The notes beneath the pieces were generated by a model. The model had not been told where the DNA came from. It saw only the letters and a program-made list of their open reading frames with translations, and did not search any database. A program made the translations under genes and the position numbers. A stretch of 64,000 bases of DNA from Eledone cirrhosa (Eukaryota): the NCBI GenBank assembly GCA_964016885.1, contig OZ024742.1, forward strand, positions 105,400,001 through 105,464,000, read 5' to 3'. Each line of letters opens with the position of its first letter. The stretch's first letter is position 1. This document shows, in pieces, positions 25,344 to 40,142 of this stretch.

Positions 25344-26291
25344 TTAATCAAACAACTAGAACATTCATCTTTGAAACTGGTTCATTCCAATAATAATGGT
25401 TACAAATGTAAATTCATATATTGGGTAGAGAAGCTGGAGGTTTCAAATCAGTTATTCATTGCTATCCTTTCCCACCGATTTTGAAAGATATATTCACATC
25501 GGCAATGCAACTGATTTTTATAAGAATACATAATTTTTCAACTATATCTGCCTAGTTATATTTGAAATTGGTGGAAGTTTTAATGGGAATGTTCTGTAAG
25601 ATTTTTTTAAATTACTCTCTATTGTACTTTGAATTTCACACATTGCTGCTGATTATGCAACTGTGCATGTGTGTGTGTGTGTGTGTGTGTGTGTACACAT
25701 ACATATGCAAATATGCTACAACTCCGATTCATACTTAATATTACACACACACACACACACACGCACACACACGCATACACACACACACATACATACATAC
25801 ATACATAGATACATAGATACATAGATACATAGATATATATATATTCATAAATCTGTTTTATCCAGCTTTTGAATTTAGACAGAAATTGTTATCAGAGGCT
25901 CCTATGCTCAGTAATTAGTGATTATGAAGTTTGATAGTTTGTAGCAGCCACTGTCCAGTTTTTCCATTCATATGGGTATTTAACAATTTTACGATTTTAA
26001 AAATTATTTTTTATAGCAACCAACTGCATTTACAGTTATTTTCTGCGTCTGAGATTCCTACATTTTCTATGAATTTCATAACTCCTCAGCGCTTCAAACG
26101 TTTGATACTTTGCATACAATGTTGTTTATATTCAAAAGTTGTTCAATTTAGTTTTCTAATTGAGAGGGTAATTTATATGTCAGAGGTTACTTAGCTCAAT
26201 AGTTAGAGCATTCAACTGGTATCTGAGAGATATGAACTTCAATTCTTTATGGCAACTGCTGGCCACTTTTTTCATATTTACATATATATAT

Positions 26292-26357
<66 letters not shown>

Positions 26358-27094
26358 AAGCCATTTACCATAAACATGACTAATGCTATAAAGTGGTTGT
26401 AGTTATCAAAATGAGCAATATCCAAACACTAGTTAAAGTTAATTAAAAACTCCACTTGTTAGAATCCAAATTCCAAATATCGTTATATCCTCTGCTTAAT
26501 ATTGAGCTGTTTGTTGTTACTTAAAATGCCCCATCACAAAGGAATCAGAATAAGCATCTTACACTGCATACTTTCTACCTAGATTATGAACTTTGTTCAG
26601 TTGTTGCAGTTAGTTATTTTACTGTTTAACGTTTAGCATGCTAGTAAATTTTATGAGTTGTTTCCCTTGTCACCTCAATATCAGTTAAGTGGGGATTACT
26701 CACATGGTGCATTTAGTCACCTGCAGTATGCTGAAGGTTAAGTAGTTGTCCCCAAAAGCTGGAGTTTTCAGGCAAAGAAAGTGAGAAGCTAACACATTCT
26801 GCAAATGCAATCCGTAAATAGAACATTAAAAATATGTAAGACATTTCTAAAATTCAAAATGTAACTCTTCACCATTGTTTTTTTATTTTGACGTTGCCCA
26901 AATGACTGCATGTGGCAAGGAATTCTGAATACCAATAGAGTGAATCATCAGATACTTCCTCTCAAATAAATGTAAATATATACACACACACACATATAGA
27001 TATGTAAGAAAAGTGTAATTGTTAGAAGTAACAAGGCAATGTTTATCACTTGGGTAAAATAATGTTTTTACCTAAGTGATAAACATTATTTTAT

Positions 27095-27425
27095 ATATAG
27101 GTGGATTACGATCTGAGTTCAAATCCCACCGAGGTTGACTCTGCCTTTCATCTTACGGGGTCGATAAAATAAAGTACCAGTAATGCACTGGGTAATTGCT
27201 GGCCTTGTGCCTAAAGTAGAAACAATTATTTTATATATAGGTGGATTGGCAGTATCGGTAGAGGGTCGGACGCCATGCTTTCCAGCATAGTTACGTCCCT
27301 TTACGATCTGAGTTAAAATCCCGCCGAGGTTGACTTTGCCTTTCATCCTTACGGGGTCGATAAAATAAAGTGCCAGTAATGCACTCTGGGTAATTGCTGG
27401 CCTTGTGCCTAAACTAGAAACAATT
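27095..27425 (+). mobile_element. Head-to-tail tandem of two family A SINEs (first internally deleted)
   Basis: The unit attattttatatataggtggatt...gtagaaaca is repeated; the first copy lacks ~55 nt of the head. Confidence 0.85.
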
Positions 27426-28559
27426 ATTATATATATATATATATATATAATATGTGTGTGTGTGTGTATATATATGTATATATACATATATGTGTGTGTG
27501 TGTGTGTGTGATGTTAAACTGCTGAAAAATGACTAGCCGACAACAGAACATTCATCATCATTATCGTTTAACATCTATCTTCCACGCTAACATGGGTTAG
27601 ATGAATAAATAATTATTTCTTTTTTGTATATTTAGCTGAACAATATTTTTTTTGTATTTGTAATATTTTAGTTTTATCTGTTGTGGCTGAGCAACAAATG
27701 TGTGTTGATTCTGATTTTTTAACTCACTAAGTGTAGCATTCATATTTTGTCACAGGCAGGTAGCAGTTTCCATATCAAGATGACACAATCTGAGAAGATA
27801 AAGGATTTCAGTTTACCAACAAAGTCATTGATAGTCTGTATATCTTGGTATCAATGTCTTTAAACAAATCAGTTAGCTTAGTCAGCTCAGTCATCCATCT
27901 ATAAATAATAGGTTTGCCACAATGAATTCAAGGCTTCTTTAAAGAATACAGTGAGAGCCCACTTGAGTGTTCATTCTCAAACCAGCGTCCAGCTTACCTC
28001 ATCACATACATATTCTGATTAACCTTGACTTTTTAATCCAAATACTAGTTATGATTTGGGCTGCTTGTATGATAGCAGCTGTGTAAGACATCCGACATCC
28101 CGTGTTAAATTCATCCTTTTTTAATGTCTTAGTCAGAGGGGAATGAGCAACAACTATGAGCATTTTCAGGGTCTTTGGTATACCGGTGAGAGGAAGGAAG
28201 TAAGATACTATCAGATTTAATGCTGACCAAAGAGGGCTCTGCTAAAAGGCATCCTTGGGCAATGTGGTGATGGTGATGTGAAACTGGGCTACAGGTTAAG
28301 TCTACCACTCTTATTTGTGTATACCAATAGGTGGACATATCTACACCACTCCACTCCAGGGACTCTTCGATAGAAAGTTTACTGCAAAACTTGTAGATCA
28401 AAAACCATAGAAGTGTAGATGTAATCAAAATTTCTTTATCCATGGCACTTGGATTGTATTTCATCACATAGACTTAAAAGCTCCCACAGTTTGAGTTGCA
28501 TGAGGTGGCCAAAGTGCTCCAATGGCCACAGTCAGTTGCATCTATCAATACATCATTCC

Positions 28560-28840
28560 AACTTTTGTTGACAGGTTTCAGGTCCCTGTCAATTCATCTT
28601 GGGATATCATCTTCATCTCTTTCCATGGGAGTACTAATACAGGACCTGATTTGCATGTCTCTCAATTGGGAGTCATGTAACATGTCCCAACCAACCAAGT
28701 CAATACATGTACACGATGTTAGACACATGGTGGGTTCGCTGATGGACTTCTTTGTTGATGAAGTCATCTCACCTGATGCCCAGGATTTTCCATAGGCATT
28801 TAGTGTCAAAAGCATCGAACTGTTTCTCTTGGCTGGTCTT
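28560..28840 (-). mobile_element. Decayed RTE-like LINE 3' fragment
   Basis: FDAFDTKCLWKILGIR*DDFINKEV...LGWLGHVT*LP.ERHA.QVL. Confidence 0.65.
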
Positions 28841-29345
28841 CATGCTGCACATTATATATCTTCAGCAAAATGTTCAACCATTTACTTCAACCCACCAAAG
28901 GTTTGAACATTTCTAAGTTGCGGCTCACCAGAGGTATACTCAGCTACTTTAAATAATTGGAGTGGTGGGAAGTTTTCCTTTCATTTTTATTTTTTGTTAG
29001 TTTTTTTTTTTTCAATCGAGAAAATGAAATGCAAATATATATAAAGCGTTTCTTTGTGATGTTATAACAGATGTTGACAATATAGTGTGTACATACACAC
29101 ATCTGTGTGTGTATATACATATGTGATTATATATGTGATTATATTGTGCATGCACATGTGTGTAAATATGTATATATTTATTGGAAAACACTCAGTGATT
29201 CACTCCATTGTTGTTTGCAATTTCACACATGCTCTCACATCGTATATGTATTCAGTCTGACAATATTTTCCAATAAATATAAACTGTATTCCATGTATTG
29301 AGTGCTGCTTACTTGTTTGTACAAATAAATTAATATATATATAGT

Positions 29346-29630
29346 ATATGTGTATACGTATATATATATTGTATATGTGTATACGTATATATATATTGTA
29401 TATGTGTATACGTATATATATATTGTATATGTGTATACGTATATATATATTGTATGTGTGTGTATACGTATATATATTGTATGTGTGTATACTTATATAT
29501 ATTATATATGTATATATATTGTATGTGTGTGTATACGTATATATATTGTATGTGTGTGTATACTTATATATATATTATATATGTATATATATTGTATATG
29601 TGTGTGTGTGTATATATGTATATATATATG
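29346..29630. repeat. TA/TG-derived minisatellite, ~27-bp unit
   Basis: tatatgtgtatacgtatatatatattg repeated, then degenerating. Confidence 0.85.
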
Positions 29631-29864
29631 TATTTGTTTATTTGTTGAAAAATAGGTGAAGAATGCTATATTGATATTATTGATGTAATTCATCAATAAG
29701 CAAACCTGACACCACCTCACTCTGTTGACAATATTCCATGCCATTTATTTTTTATGTATAAAAATTGTAAAACTTTATGGAAATTTCATTTCAACGTTAT
29801 CTAGTCACTGAACCGACTAGTTTGGCTTGCCATTTCTTACATTTTCTTATATTACCATGTATAA

Positions 29865-29895
<31 letters not shown>

Positions 29896-31699
29896 TTTTT
29901 TTGCAAAAAAAATGGTTATTGTCTCTATATTTTATAAATTAAAATAGCAAAATCAAAAATGAACAAAAACAGGTTCAATGAGTTTTGATCCATTTGTAAC
30001 GAAAATAAATCTTTACTTTTATTTCTGTTGTTGTTCTTGATTAATTCCCGATGAACTCTGATTCCTCTGATCTATGATAAAGTTCTTTCCACCTGTGACA
30101 ATCCCATTTTTCTTTCTCTCGACACAATTGACCAATATCTTGTTAGTGGAATTTAGTAGGCGGAAGTATTGTAGAGGCTATCATGTATATATGTTTGTGT
30201 GTATGTGTTTATGTGTACTGGTTTAAAACCAATGTTGTGTCAAAGAGTTAACTGAGCAAATTCATTAAATACACATAGATAAATCAAGTACTGTGGATGA
30301 TATGATTGATTAAAAATCTTGAAGGCAACAATCTCTAATTTTCCTCAACTACTGAGTGGATTGTTTGATGCTTTGAGCAAAGATATTTTTAATTTAAAGT
30401 TACTGCATAGAACATTTCAAAGCTACTCAATGTGTGGACAATTATGCAGCTTAGAGGAACATTACCTGTTCAAAAAGTAATTCCACCATAAAGATGTCAG
30501 ATTGATAAATAAATTTCTCTTGCATGCACACATACATCCTTGCTGCCAACTTTTCACAGTGTGACAAGCTTTTTAAGCCTCAAATACAATAACCAGTGAA
30601 AGAGTACTATATCTAAGACTACATTATACAATGTGTCCATCCATTTTTTTTTTTTTAAGACTGTGGTTCCCATATTAGTAGTTGAAATGTTCCATCTGTA
30701 AAATGTGAAAAGAGAACAATTATGATCTGACTTGGCACTTGTCTCTCAGTATGTATTTTTCATTCCTTCACACACAGATTTTGTCTGAGATTTTTTAACA
30801 TAGCACTGCAAGCAATATAAACACAGATCTATTACATAGTGCTTCCATTACAGTGGTGAACCTTATCTGATTGAATGCTAGACTAGAGTGGACCTCCATT
30901 GGTTTCGATGATCAATGTTCCAGATTTTCAATCAATGGAACAGCCTGCTTCTGAAATTAATGTGCAAGTGTTTGAGCATTCCATAGACACATGTATTCTT
31001 AACTTAATGTTATACTTAATTAGCTAAAGAATTAAGTGATAAATCTGACCCTTTGAATTAAAAGTACACATGATCCGATGAGCTTTTGTCTACTCAATTT
31101 CAGTCACAAAGTATGGGTTGTCTCGAAGCTTGTCCAAAATGTCTCCTTGTGGGATCAAACCTAGGACCTAATGATTGAAGCAAACTCCTTAACTATTTGA
31201 CCATGTTGTGCCCACAGTCAGAATACAGAAAGGTTTTGTATCACAAATGTCTTGTCTACTGCTGCTGACACCTGATGTAATAGTCAAACATTACATCAGA
31301 TGTCATATGAATAATTGGAGTCATATAGTTGAGCCATAGGTATGCAAGTTGTGACCATCCTGTTTCCCCCCATTTTTCTGGAATAGTACATCTAAGATAA
31401 TATCATCCAATATGTCCTTTTTTTTTCAAAGTTAGTGTGATTTGATGCAGATCTGGTTGATACTTCTAGTTCATTGACTGACCACAAAGGACCCATTGTT
31501 GGCTTATGTATAGCTGTCATAAATCACATGGCTGTAATATATTTGAAGTGATCTGTCATTGATAGGTTGCAAGAGGTATTTTGCTTGTTTCGATACCTGC
31601 CTGAGGCAAGGCTTGCAACCACGCAGGATGGAAATCTCTCATTGTCCAATGTTCCATGGGGGAACAAAAGAAGGGTTGACAATGAAAACAGTTGTTGAT

Positions 31700-31895
31700 G
31701 ACAAGGCCAGCAATGGGGGGGGGGGAGTCGATTACATCGACTCCAGTGTAATACTGGTGCTTTATTTTATCAACCCCATAAGGATGAAATGAAAAGCTAA
31801 CCCCAGCAGGATTTGATTTCAGAATGTAAAGGGCCGTAACTCTATGCAGCAAAGCAGAGTGTCCGATGCTCTACCGATTCTGCTATTCCACCAAC
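31700..31895 (-). mobile_element. SINE family A copy just downstream of the CFAP53 stop
   Basis: Reverse complement of the head, core and tail. Confidence 0.8.
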
Positions 31896-32130
31896 AATAA
31901 AGATAATGATGATGGTATGGAATAATAAGAAGACATCCAATTAACTGAATTGTTTTTTAATATGAAACAAGGTTATAAACAAACTGCAAGTACAAAGTGA
32001 GATGGTAAGGTATGATGGTTTCTGTATGTCTCGTACAATGAAGGCAGCTCAAGGAATGTAGAAATGGGTGTGGTGGCTGTAGGTAGACAGGCAACATGTC
32101 TCACTTATTTGAACAATTGTTTCCAGTTGT

Positions 32131-32453
32131 TCAACTCATTTGGCTCAAGGCTAGCTTCAGAGGATGTTGCTTGCAGAAATCCACATCTGAATTCACCAAG
32201 TCGTCGACCTTTTTCTTCAATTCTTCTTCAACTTGAAGTTCCCTCTTGTAGCTTTCTTCTTCTAGATCCTTCAAAATCTGCTGCTGAGTTTTGTTGAAGT
32301 CAATCTGTCCTAGCAGATCCTGATTGTATTGCAGCTTCTTCTGTCGAACGTTATGAATTTCCTCAGCCTCCCTCTCTTTGTTTAGTTCAATTTCTCTTAG
32401 GACTTCCTCTTTTTCTGTCTCTGCCTCCGTTCTCTCTACGTTGATGGCAACCA
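32131..32453 (-). CDS. CFAP53: CFAP53 exon 7, terminal (LVAINVER...YNQDLLGQID...KQHPLKLALSQMS*)
   Basis: ttccag acceptor, Y..DL..QI and C-terminal HP motifs, TGA at 32133-32131. The seven exons sum to 1557 nt (518 aa plus stop). Confidence 0.93.
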
Positions 32454-33850
32454 CTGGAAGATGGAAAGTAGTAGAAAAGAAAGAAGAAAAATTAAATGTA
32501 AATACTAAGCCAAATCAAACTAAAACTACAGCTCTCATTTCCAATTAAATGGGACTTGTTAGAATGCACTATGGCTTTGCTAAGGGTTTTTGGTGCCTAT
32601 GCAGTCATGAGCAGACATAGACACCCTCCCAACCCGTCGTTGATCCAGCAATACATACAGGCTGTGACAGCTAAAAGGAAAGAGGATTTCACCAGAACTG
32701 GGCTGGTATTTTCTTTATCAATCCTAAAAAAAAAATGAAAGGCAGAGTGGTCCTTGGTGGGATTTGAACTCATAATGCAGAGACCTGAAACAAATATCTG
32801 ATGCTCTAAAACTCTACCAAATTGGCTGCCTTACTAATAACTAGCTAACCCTGTGGAAATTTCATGTTTTAATTAAAAACAATTACTCAGCATTAAAGAT
32901 CAATATAACATTTTAGATGTTTTATTTATAAGTTATATATATATATATATATAGATAAAGAAAATGAGGTTTCACATTGAAGTTTTTATTGATTAAATTC
33001 AGATGGGGCTGGAATCGGGTCTATAACACTAATATGGATCCTGAACCACCCATCTGCGAAACCTTTGTAACTGAGCCTAATCTATATAAACCGTAATGTG
33101 AATCCTTGTTTTGTTCTTAATGTATACATTCTGCTATAGCATAGAGTGCTAATATTGGTAGCTCCCTCAGTAAACCACAAATCTGAATTACCTAATATTT
33201 AATCATCATCATCATCATCATTTTACGTCCGCTTTTACACAAATAATAGATGCAGTGTTTAATTAGATACATAAACAACAAAAATAAATTTAACAAATAG
33301 CTGAAACTACCAAAATGAAATTCGTTACTCATTTATAGTTTGAGGATACACAATATTTTTCTTACAGTGTAAGTTTAAGAAAAAAATTCCTCTCAGATGG
33401 TCTGAGGGCTGCATCTTGCTTATGAACATTTCTGAACTCTACAGAGTGTGCCAGGTGGATTTTATCATGGCACAAGCATTAGGGAATTTGTCATGTCTTT
33501 GGCAGAGTTGAAGAGTCTTCTAACCTTTTATTTGGCAAGGTTTATATGGCTGAATGTTCAATACCTTCCCTTATAAAAATAATTTCTAATATAGGCACAA
33601 GATAATAAACTCTTGTAGTGGATTATACTGACTCCAATACATGCCTAGTACATTATTTTATTGACTCTGGGAAGGTGAAAGGCAGAGCTGACCTCAGTGA
33701 GATTTAAACTGAGAATGATGCTGAGGTCATCTTTACCATTCATCTTTCATGTGATGATAATATAAATAACAGTCAGGCCTTTGAGGAGATGTCTTTTAAT
33801 AGTTCTAACTTTTTTCTAACTTGTTTTGATTATCATTTCTTTTCAGGTAA

Positions 33851-34934
33851 ATGATGACAGACATCAAGCTAACTCAGCAGATGATAAGGCACGCTGTAAT
33901 CATTGCCTTAAAGGTAGAGTATAGTGATTTGGAGATTGCTTGCTTTCTCAAAATTTCCCAGTTGTTTGTTGTCAAAGTTTACAAAAAGGTGGAATCCACT
34001 AACAAGGATTCTACAGCACTAGCCAAATTTAAAACACCTGCTAATAGTCTTAATACCATCAGAACACCCAAACTTTTATGGAAGGTGCAGAAAATTATTG
34101 ACAAGAACCCCAGAAAGTCAATTAGCATCATTGTTAAGGAGCTCACAGTTTCAAGGTTCACTGCACTATTGGAAGAATTGTGTATAAGAACCTTCCATGT
34201 TATATGTAATGCAAACCGTCTAATCCATGCAAAGCTGTTGTTGAGCAAATTGAAACATCAAGAGCCTGGAATGCTTTGGTTTTGCTCTGATGAGAAAAAC
34301 TTTGATCAGAACCAAAAGGTCAACCAAAGAAATGACAGATGGTCATACACACAAAGTTTCCGGCATCTGTGATGGTTTTGGGAATCATGAACAATGAAGA
34401 TGTCATGCCTCTTCACTTACTTATTCATGACGTAAGGGTCAATGCAGCTGATTATAAGGTGTTGGAGAAGGTTGTGAGGCCTTGAATAGAGAGCGTGAGT
34501 GAAGGAAGACTGTACACCTACCAACAAGACTTATACCGTCACATAAGGCCAAGATGACTCAAGAATGGATGAGTTACAATCTCCATGACCATGTCAGCCC
34601 AAACATATGGCCCACAAGCACACCAGACCTGAATCCACTGGACTACTATGTATAGAGTGTAGTCAACCAACACCCTCATAACACTATAAAATCTCTGAAG
34701 TCTGCCATAGCTAACACAATGTCCAAAATAGAAAAATATCATCTAATTCAAGCATGTCAATGTTTCAGAACTCATATCAAAACAGTTATCAATGTTAATG
34801 TCAGATTCATTGCGTAGATGCATCAAGAGTCTCAAGGTTATACATGCCAATTTGTTTTCAAATAAAGCTCTTCCTTCATGACTTATGCATCTTTTACTAG
34901 ATTCATGCAAATATCCTTAATGAGAAACCCTGTA
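33851..34934 (+). mobile_element. Tc1/mariner-superfamily transposase relic (maT/DD37D-like) with right TIR
   Basis: HTH-like N-terminus; WFCSDEKNFDQ..KVN.RNDRW; YQQD; WP.S.PDLNPLDY; ends gagaaaccctg|TA. Frameshifted. Confidence 0.85.
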
Positions 34935-35260
34935 ATGATGGTATCTAACACAGGTGTAAAAAGCCAAAAGTTAAGGGAGGGAGTAAGAATCATCATCATC
35001 ATCATCATTCAATGTCTCTTTTTCCTGATGATGATGATAAGAATAGTTGATTAAATCGATCCTAGTACTTGACTGGTACTTATTCTATCATCCAACCAGA
35101 AGAATGAAAGGGTAACTCAACCTTAGTGGGATTCTTAGTTCAAAATCACACTAAAGTCACTTTTGAACTGAGAATGTAAAGGACGTAACTAAATACTGCA
35201 TGGCATTTTGTTTGTTGCTCTACCAATTCTGATGATGCTATTAGCAATATGCAGACTTAC

Positions 35261-35477
35261 ATTTATCCATAACTTGTCGACCCCTTATTCTCATGACGTC
35301 ATCCATCAGAATTCTCCTCATCTCTCTATCTTTGCGCCACTGATTCAAGCGCTTCTGCCATTGGTTCTCAATGTCTTCACGTATCACATTCTCTACTTCT
35401 ATCTTGCGGGCTTCTTCTTTTGTTAATAACTCACGCACATATTTTAAGTATGTTTGAGTTTCCTTGTGATGTTCCAG
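35261..35477 (-). CDS. CFAP53: CFAP53 exon 6 (LEHHKETQTYLKY...WQKRLNQWRKDREMRRILMDDVMRIRGRQVMDK)
   Basis: tgcag/GTAAGT, 217 nt. W.KR..QW..E...R..L..EV...R..Q motif. Confidence 0.93.
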
Positions 35478-36289
35478 CTGCAAGAGAAGATGATGTAGAG
35501 ACTTGTTAGCAACTCACTCATGATCAAAAGCATTCCACCCATGACTATCTCAAGATCTTTATATATCAGAGACTGTTGCATTGCTCATGACTGTGGCATG
35601 AGTGGTAGAGAAACAAAAATGACATTAAGAAAGATGAAAGGTTGTCAGCAGTTAAAGGTTCAGAGCTGAATTTAGATGAGCTCAAATAAACTTTAACTAA
35701 GAGCTCACATAGCTTTTTTGTTCCTTTTAGAGAAGTAGAAGCTAAGGAAAAATTGGGGAGAAGTTTAGGGATCAAAGTGCATAAAGTGGAAGGGCATAGC
35801 CAGTGGAGTCAAAGAAATTACAAGAAAAGGATGAATGAAGGATGAAAAGCAGAATCAAAATATGAGTGAATAGGGTTATTATTGTTTAACCCCAGGCAGG
35901 GCTGAATTAAACATTTAGCAAAATAAACACATTTATTAGGGCACCATTTCATTCAAATTAAATGTATTAGTCATTCCTCACCCAAATTTCTTTTTGCAGA
36001 CTTTATATATAGAGGGACCACAACCTTTTAAGTGCTTAGGGTCTCTAAAGGACTTCATCTGGTCTTGATCCCAGGTCATTCCAAATAAAGTAGACACATG
36101 ATCAAAAGTATTCCAGCCTTGAACTCACTTTTTTTTTTTGCTTTTTTTAAAATCAAGAACTGCATTGTCCTCTATGTTCTTTATTTGAGGGAAATTTGGC
36201 TGCTATTTCAAGCAAGTTGAGCAATTGTGTTATGGCTCCTTCAGTGGGTGATCAGTAGATTTTTAATTTAAAGAGGTGAAAAGATGGAT

Positions 36290-36800
36290 GTTGTTGATAA
36301 ACACAAATATGCTAAGGAAACTGATAGATCAGTCACAGATAGTAGAAGTAAACTCGAGTTCAAAGTTGAAAATTTCTGATAAATCAAATGAATTAGGTGA
36401 GTTCTTCTCTGATGAGTAAGTTGGTACTGAGACAATCATCAATGTAACTACCACATAGCTCTGAAGTTGGTCTAGTAAACAGGGAAAACATTTGTACATG
36501 TATGTGGCCTACTAAGAGATTAGTATAGCTGGAACCCAAATTAATCTCTATATTTCCTCTGCTAAAACTTACCAAAGTAAAAGAAAAAAACCCAGTTAAG
36601 ACTAAGAAGTTCAGATAGACAGAGGAGCATAGCTGAAGTTTATCTTGGTCTCTATATTTTCTCTGCTAATCTGTTGGTAAAAGTTGCCAGACAAAGAAAA
36701 GATACAATTTAGACTAAGAAATCCACCGAGACAGAGTAGTGTGGTGATGCTAGGTTCAAGTATGGGATGGCAGTTAATGAAGTATTTTAGGCCTCCCCCA
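36290..36800 (-). mobile_element. Penelope-like reverse transcriptase relic
   Basis: LSLNCIFSLSGNFYQQIS...SYTNLLVG...YIDDC, i.e. the PLE pattern F.FNG.FY.QI.G.AMG...PSYANLF.G...YIDD. The QISG/SYA block is locally duplicated. Confidence 0.72.
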
Positions 36801-37779
36801 CTCAAAGAAAGACTAATTATAAAGGCTTATAGGAATGTGGAGTTTGGAAGGTTCAAGGAGTGAAGGAAAAAGTATAAAAAAGGATTATGGTAGGATTAGT
36901 GTGCTTGATCCAAGAGGAATTAGCAGGAAAAGAAACAAAAGATACATAACAAGGCAATGAAAGAGCCTCTATGCAGCCACTTGAACAACTAGAAACTAAT
37001 TTCCTTCAAATTACATCCTACCATCATCATCATGTTACGTCTGCTTTCTGCAGTGGCATGGGTTGGATGGGCTGTCACAGTGGAAGTCTAAACATGTTGG
37101 AGTGATCTCATCTTGATCATTACATTCCATATTTGGCATGGATTCTATAGCCAGATGCCCTTCCTAATGCCAACCACTTTACAGAGTGTACTGGGTGCGT
37201 TTCTCATGGCACCAGCACTACCACTTTACAGAGTGGCCTTGGTGCATTTTATTATAGCTCCAGCATCACCATCATCAACATTTAACGTCCATTCCACTGA
37301 AAGTAAGGGTTGGAGAGGTCTTCATAGAATGAGTCAGTACTCAAGGAGCGTGCCTCTCATATATGAGTCCACAATCTACAGAGTGCTTTATTATGGCACC
37401 GGTACTAGGGAGTCTGCTATATCTTTGACACTGCTGAAGGATTCTCCTGACCCTTTATTTGGAAGGTTTTCTATACTTGGATGCCCTTCCTATCACCAAC
37501 CTCCTTACAGAGTTTACTGGATGTGTTTATTATGAAGATGACCAACACCAGGAAAGTTCTCATGCCCTTGACACAACAGAAAAATCCTCTCAGCTCTGTT
37601 TTTGTTTTTAGCATGGTTTCTACAACTTTCCTATCACTAACCATTTCACAGGGTGTATTGGGTGTTTTTTCATGGTACCAGCACTAGAGAGGTTGTTGTG
37701 TTCTTCTGATCCTTTGTTTGGCAAGTTTTCTATGGTTGGACACCATTCTTATTATCAATCACTTTACAGCATGTACAGG

Positions 37780-38077
37780 CAGGTCAACCAAAGGAATGGC
37801 AGATGGTTATGCAAAGACCCTAAAAACATTTCAATGGTCATGAACACAAAGTTTCAGGCAACTGTGATGGTTGTGGGAGTCATGAGCAATGAAGATGTCA
37901 TGCTTTTTCACTTCCTTATTCAGGGCTTAAGGGTCAATGCAACTGACTGTAAGGTGTTGGAGGGGATTGTGAGGCCTTGAATAGAGAGTGTGAGTGAAAG
38001 AAGACTGTACAACTACCAACAAGACTTGTACCATCTCATAAGATTAAGATGATTCAAGATTGGATGAGTTATAATCT
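37780..38077 (+). mobile_element. Second internal fragment of the same mariner-type transposase
   Basis: VNQRNGRWLCKDP...KFQATVMVVGVMSNEDVM, similar to 34317-34582. Confidence 0.82.
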
Positions 38078-38267
38078 AAGGGTCAATGCAGTAATTTTCT
38101 TTGGTAAAATTTGGCACTTCAGCACTATCATTGCATATTATGATGCACAACATAATTACTATATATTGCATGCATCTTAAAAAATAAAACCCAAATTAGA
38201 TATTGCCTTCCCCTAATCCATGCTAACCTGGAGCTAAATAAAAATGAAATATAATATAGCTACAAAC

Positions 38268-38486
38268 TTTTCTCTGTTGTTTCATTTGATTCTCCTCTTC
38301 ACATTTCTCTACAATTGTCTCAAGTATTTTAATGTCAGATTCAAGCTGTTCTCGTTCAGCTTTTGCTTTCCTTAACTGTTTCTTCTTCACAGTTTTGTCA
38401 AGTATCTCTTTTGTCTCCTTCTGTGAACGTCTTTTTTCTTCCAGTGCCATTTTCTCTGCCATTAGATGTAGCTGTGTTTGCTCATT
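38268..38486 (-). CDS. CFAP53: CFAP53 exon 5 (NEQTQLHLMAEK...MKQQRK)
   Basis: TAG acceptor after a T-rich tract, GTTTGT donor, 219 nt, phase 0/0, trichohyalin-like coiled-coil. Confidence 0.88.
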
Positions 38487-38614
38487 CTATATAGAAAAAC
38501 AAAAACAAAAACAAAAACTAAAAACAAAGAAACAACCCCTCTTTACTCCAAAAAGAAAGCTCCAGTATTCTTCACGCAGGAAATTTTATTTAAGGGGGTT
38601 TATAGAAATAATAA

Positions 38615-39125
38615 TTCTTTCTAATTTAAACACAAGGCCAACAATTTGAGGGAAGGGGAAAATCGGTTATATCGACACCAGTATTTAACTGGTACTTTAT
38701 TTTATTGACCCTGGTGGGATTTGAACTCAGAATCTAGAAAGTTGTAACTGAATACTGTCTGTAGAAATAATTTTTTTTTCTAATATTGGCACAAGGCCAG
38801 CAATTTGAGGGAAGAGGAAAGTCAATTATATAGACCCATTACTTAATTGTTACTTTATTTTATTGACCTCAGAAGAACAAAAAGCAAATTTGACCTTGGA
38901 GGGATTTAAACTCAGAACCAAATACTGCAAAGCATTTTGTTTGACATTTTACCAATACTGCTAATCTACAGTCCTCTTAATTTCTAATTTAGGCACAAGG
39001 CCAGCAGTTCTGAAAAGTGGGGAAAGTCAATTATATTGATCCTAGTAATTTACTGGTACTTTATTTTATTGATCCCAGAAGAATGAAAGGCAAATTTGAC
39101 CTTGATAGGATTTGAACTCAAAACT
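38615..39125 (-). mobile_element. Three tandem family A SINEs
   Basis: ttctaa...cacaaggcca.caattt...ggtactttattttattgac...tttgaactca repeated at about 38616, 38776 and 38980. Confidence 0.85.
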
Positions 39126-39786
39126 TAGAAATAGAAATAAAAATAGAAATAATGATGATGATAATGATAATGATGATGGAGGTGGTGGTGGTGGTGTTCG
39201 TAGTCGCTATGGTGTTGATTGTGGTGGTAGTTGTGGTGGTGGTTGTGTTGATGATAATGGTGATGAAGGTATTGTTGGTGGTAATGAGGATGCTTACATA
39301 CAGCACTAGGGAGGTTGTCAGGTCTTTGACATAACTGAAGGGGTTTCCAAACCCCAATCATATACAAGGATTCTCACCTTGGTTCAATTGAGGAACTCTC
39401 ACTAACAGCAACTGTTCTTTCCCTAACTGTCATTCTCTGACTTACAGGAACATGCTAAGAGTAGACTCATCTACTCCTGCCATTTTTGTTACTTTCACCT
39501 GTCTTTTCACAAATTTACTGGGATGTGAACACCTCCTTCTCAATCCTCATTTTCCTTTCCAAGTAAAACTTCCAAAAGTCAATGAGGGCTTGACTGATAA
39601 GAAAAGTGTCCTTTCAGCCTCATCCACCTCACAACCTCAGTCACCACAGGCACTAGACAGAGGAAAGCTGCTTTGCTCATATGTTCCGTCTTTTGTTTGC
39701 TTTTCTATGGTTGGATGGATGCCTTTCTTAATGCCAACCACTTTATATGTGTACTTGGTGCTTTTTGTCATGGCATCAACACTACA

Positions 39787-39868
<82 letters not shown>

Positions 39869-40142
39869 CATCATCATCATCATCATTTCATTTTACGTCC
39901 GCTTTTTCCCTGCTTGCAAGGGTGGGACGGGAACTGATATATATATAGCATGGAAGATAGACGTTAAACGATGATGATGATGATGATGATATATATATAC
40001 ATGTATATATATTATAAGTTATAAGTTGAGCCAACTTATGCAGCTTCATATGCAAATGAGATTAATTACCTCATTTACACAGACGAGAAAACTATATATT
40101 CTCAACTGTTTTCAAGTCGAGCGGTCACAAGCAGTGGGAGGG

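Noticed and set aside
26065-26095. CTGAGGA...GAAA on the minus strand (also CTGAnGA at 36408 and 53212)
   Set aside because: Helix I/II or the GAAA box is missing; chance matches, unlike the reported hammerheads.
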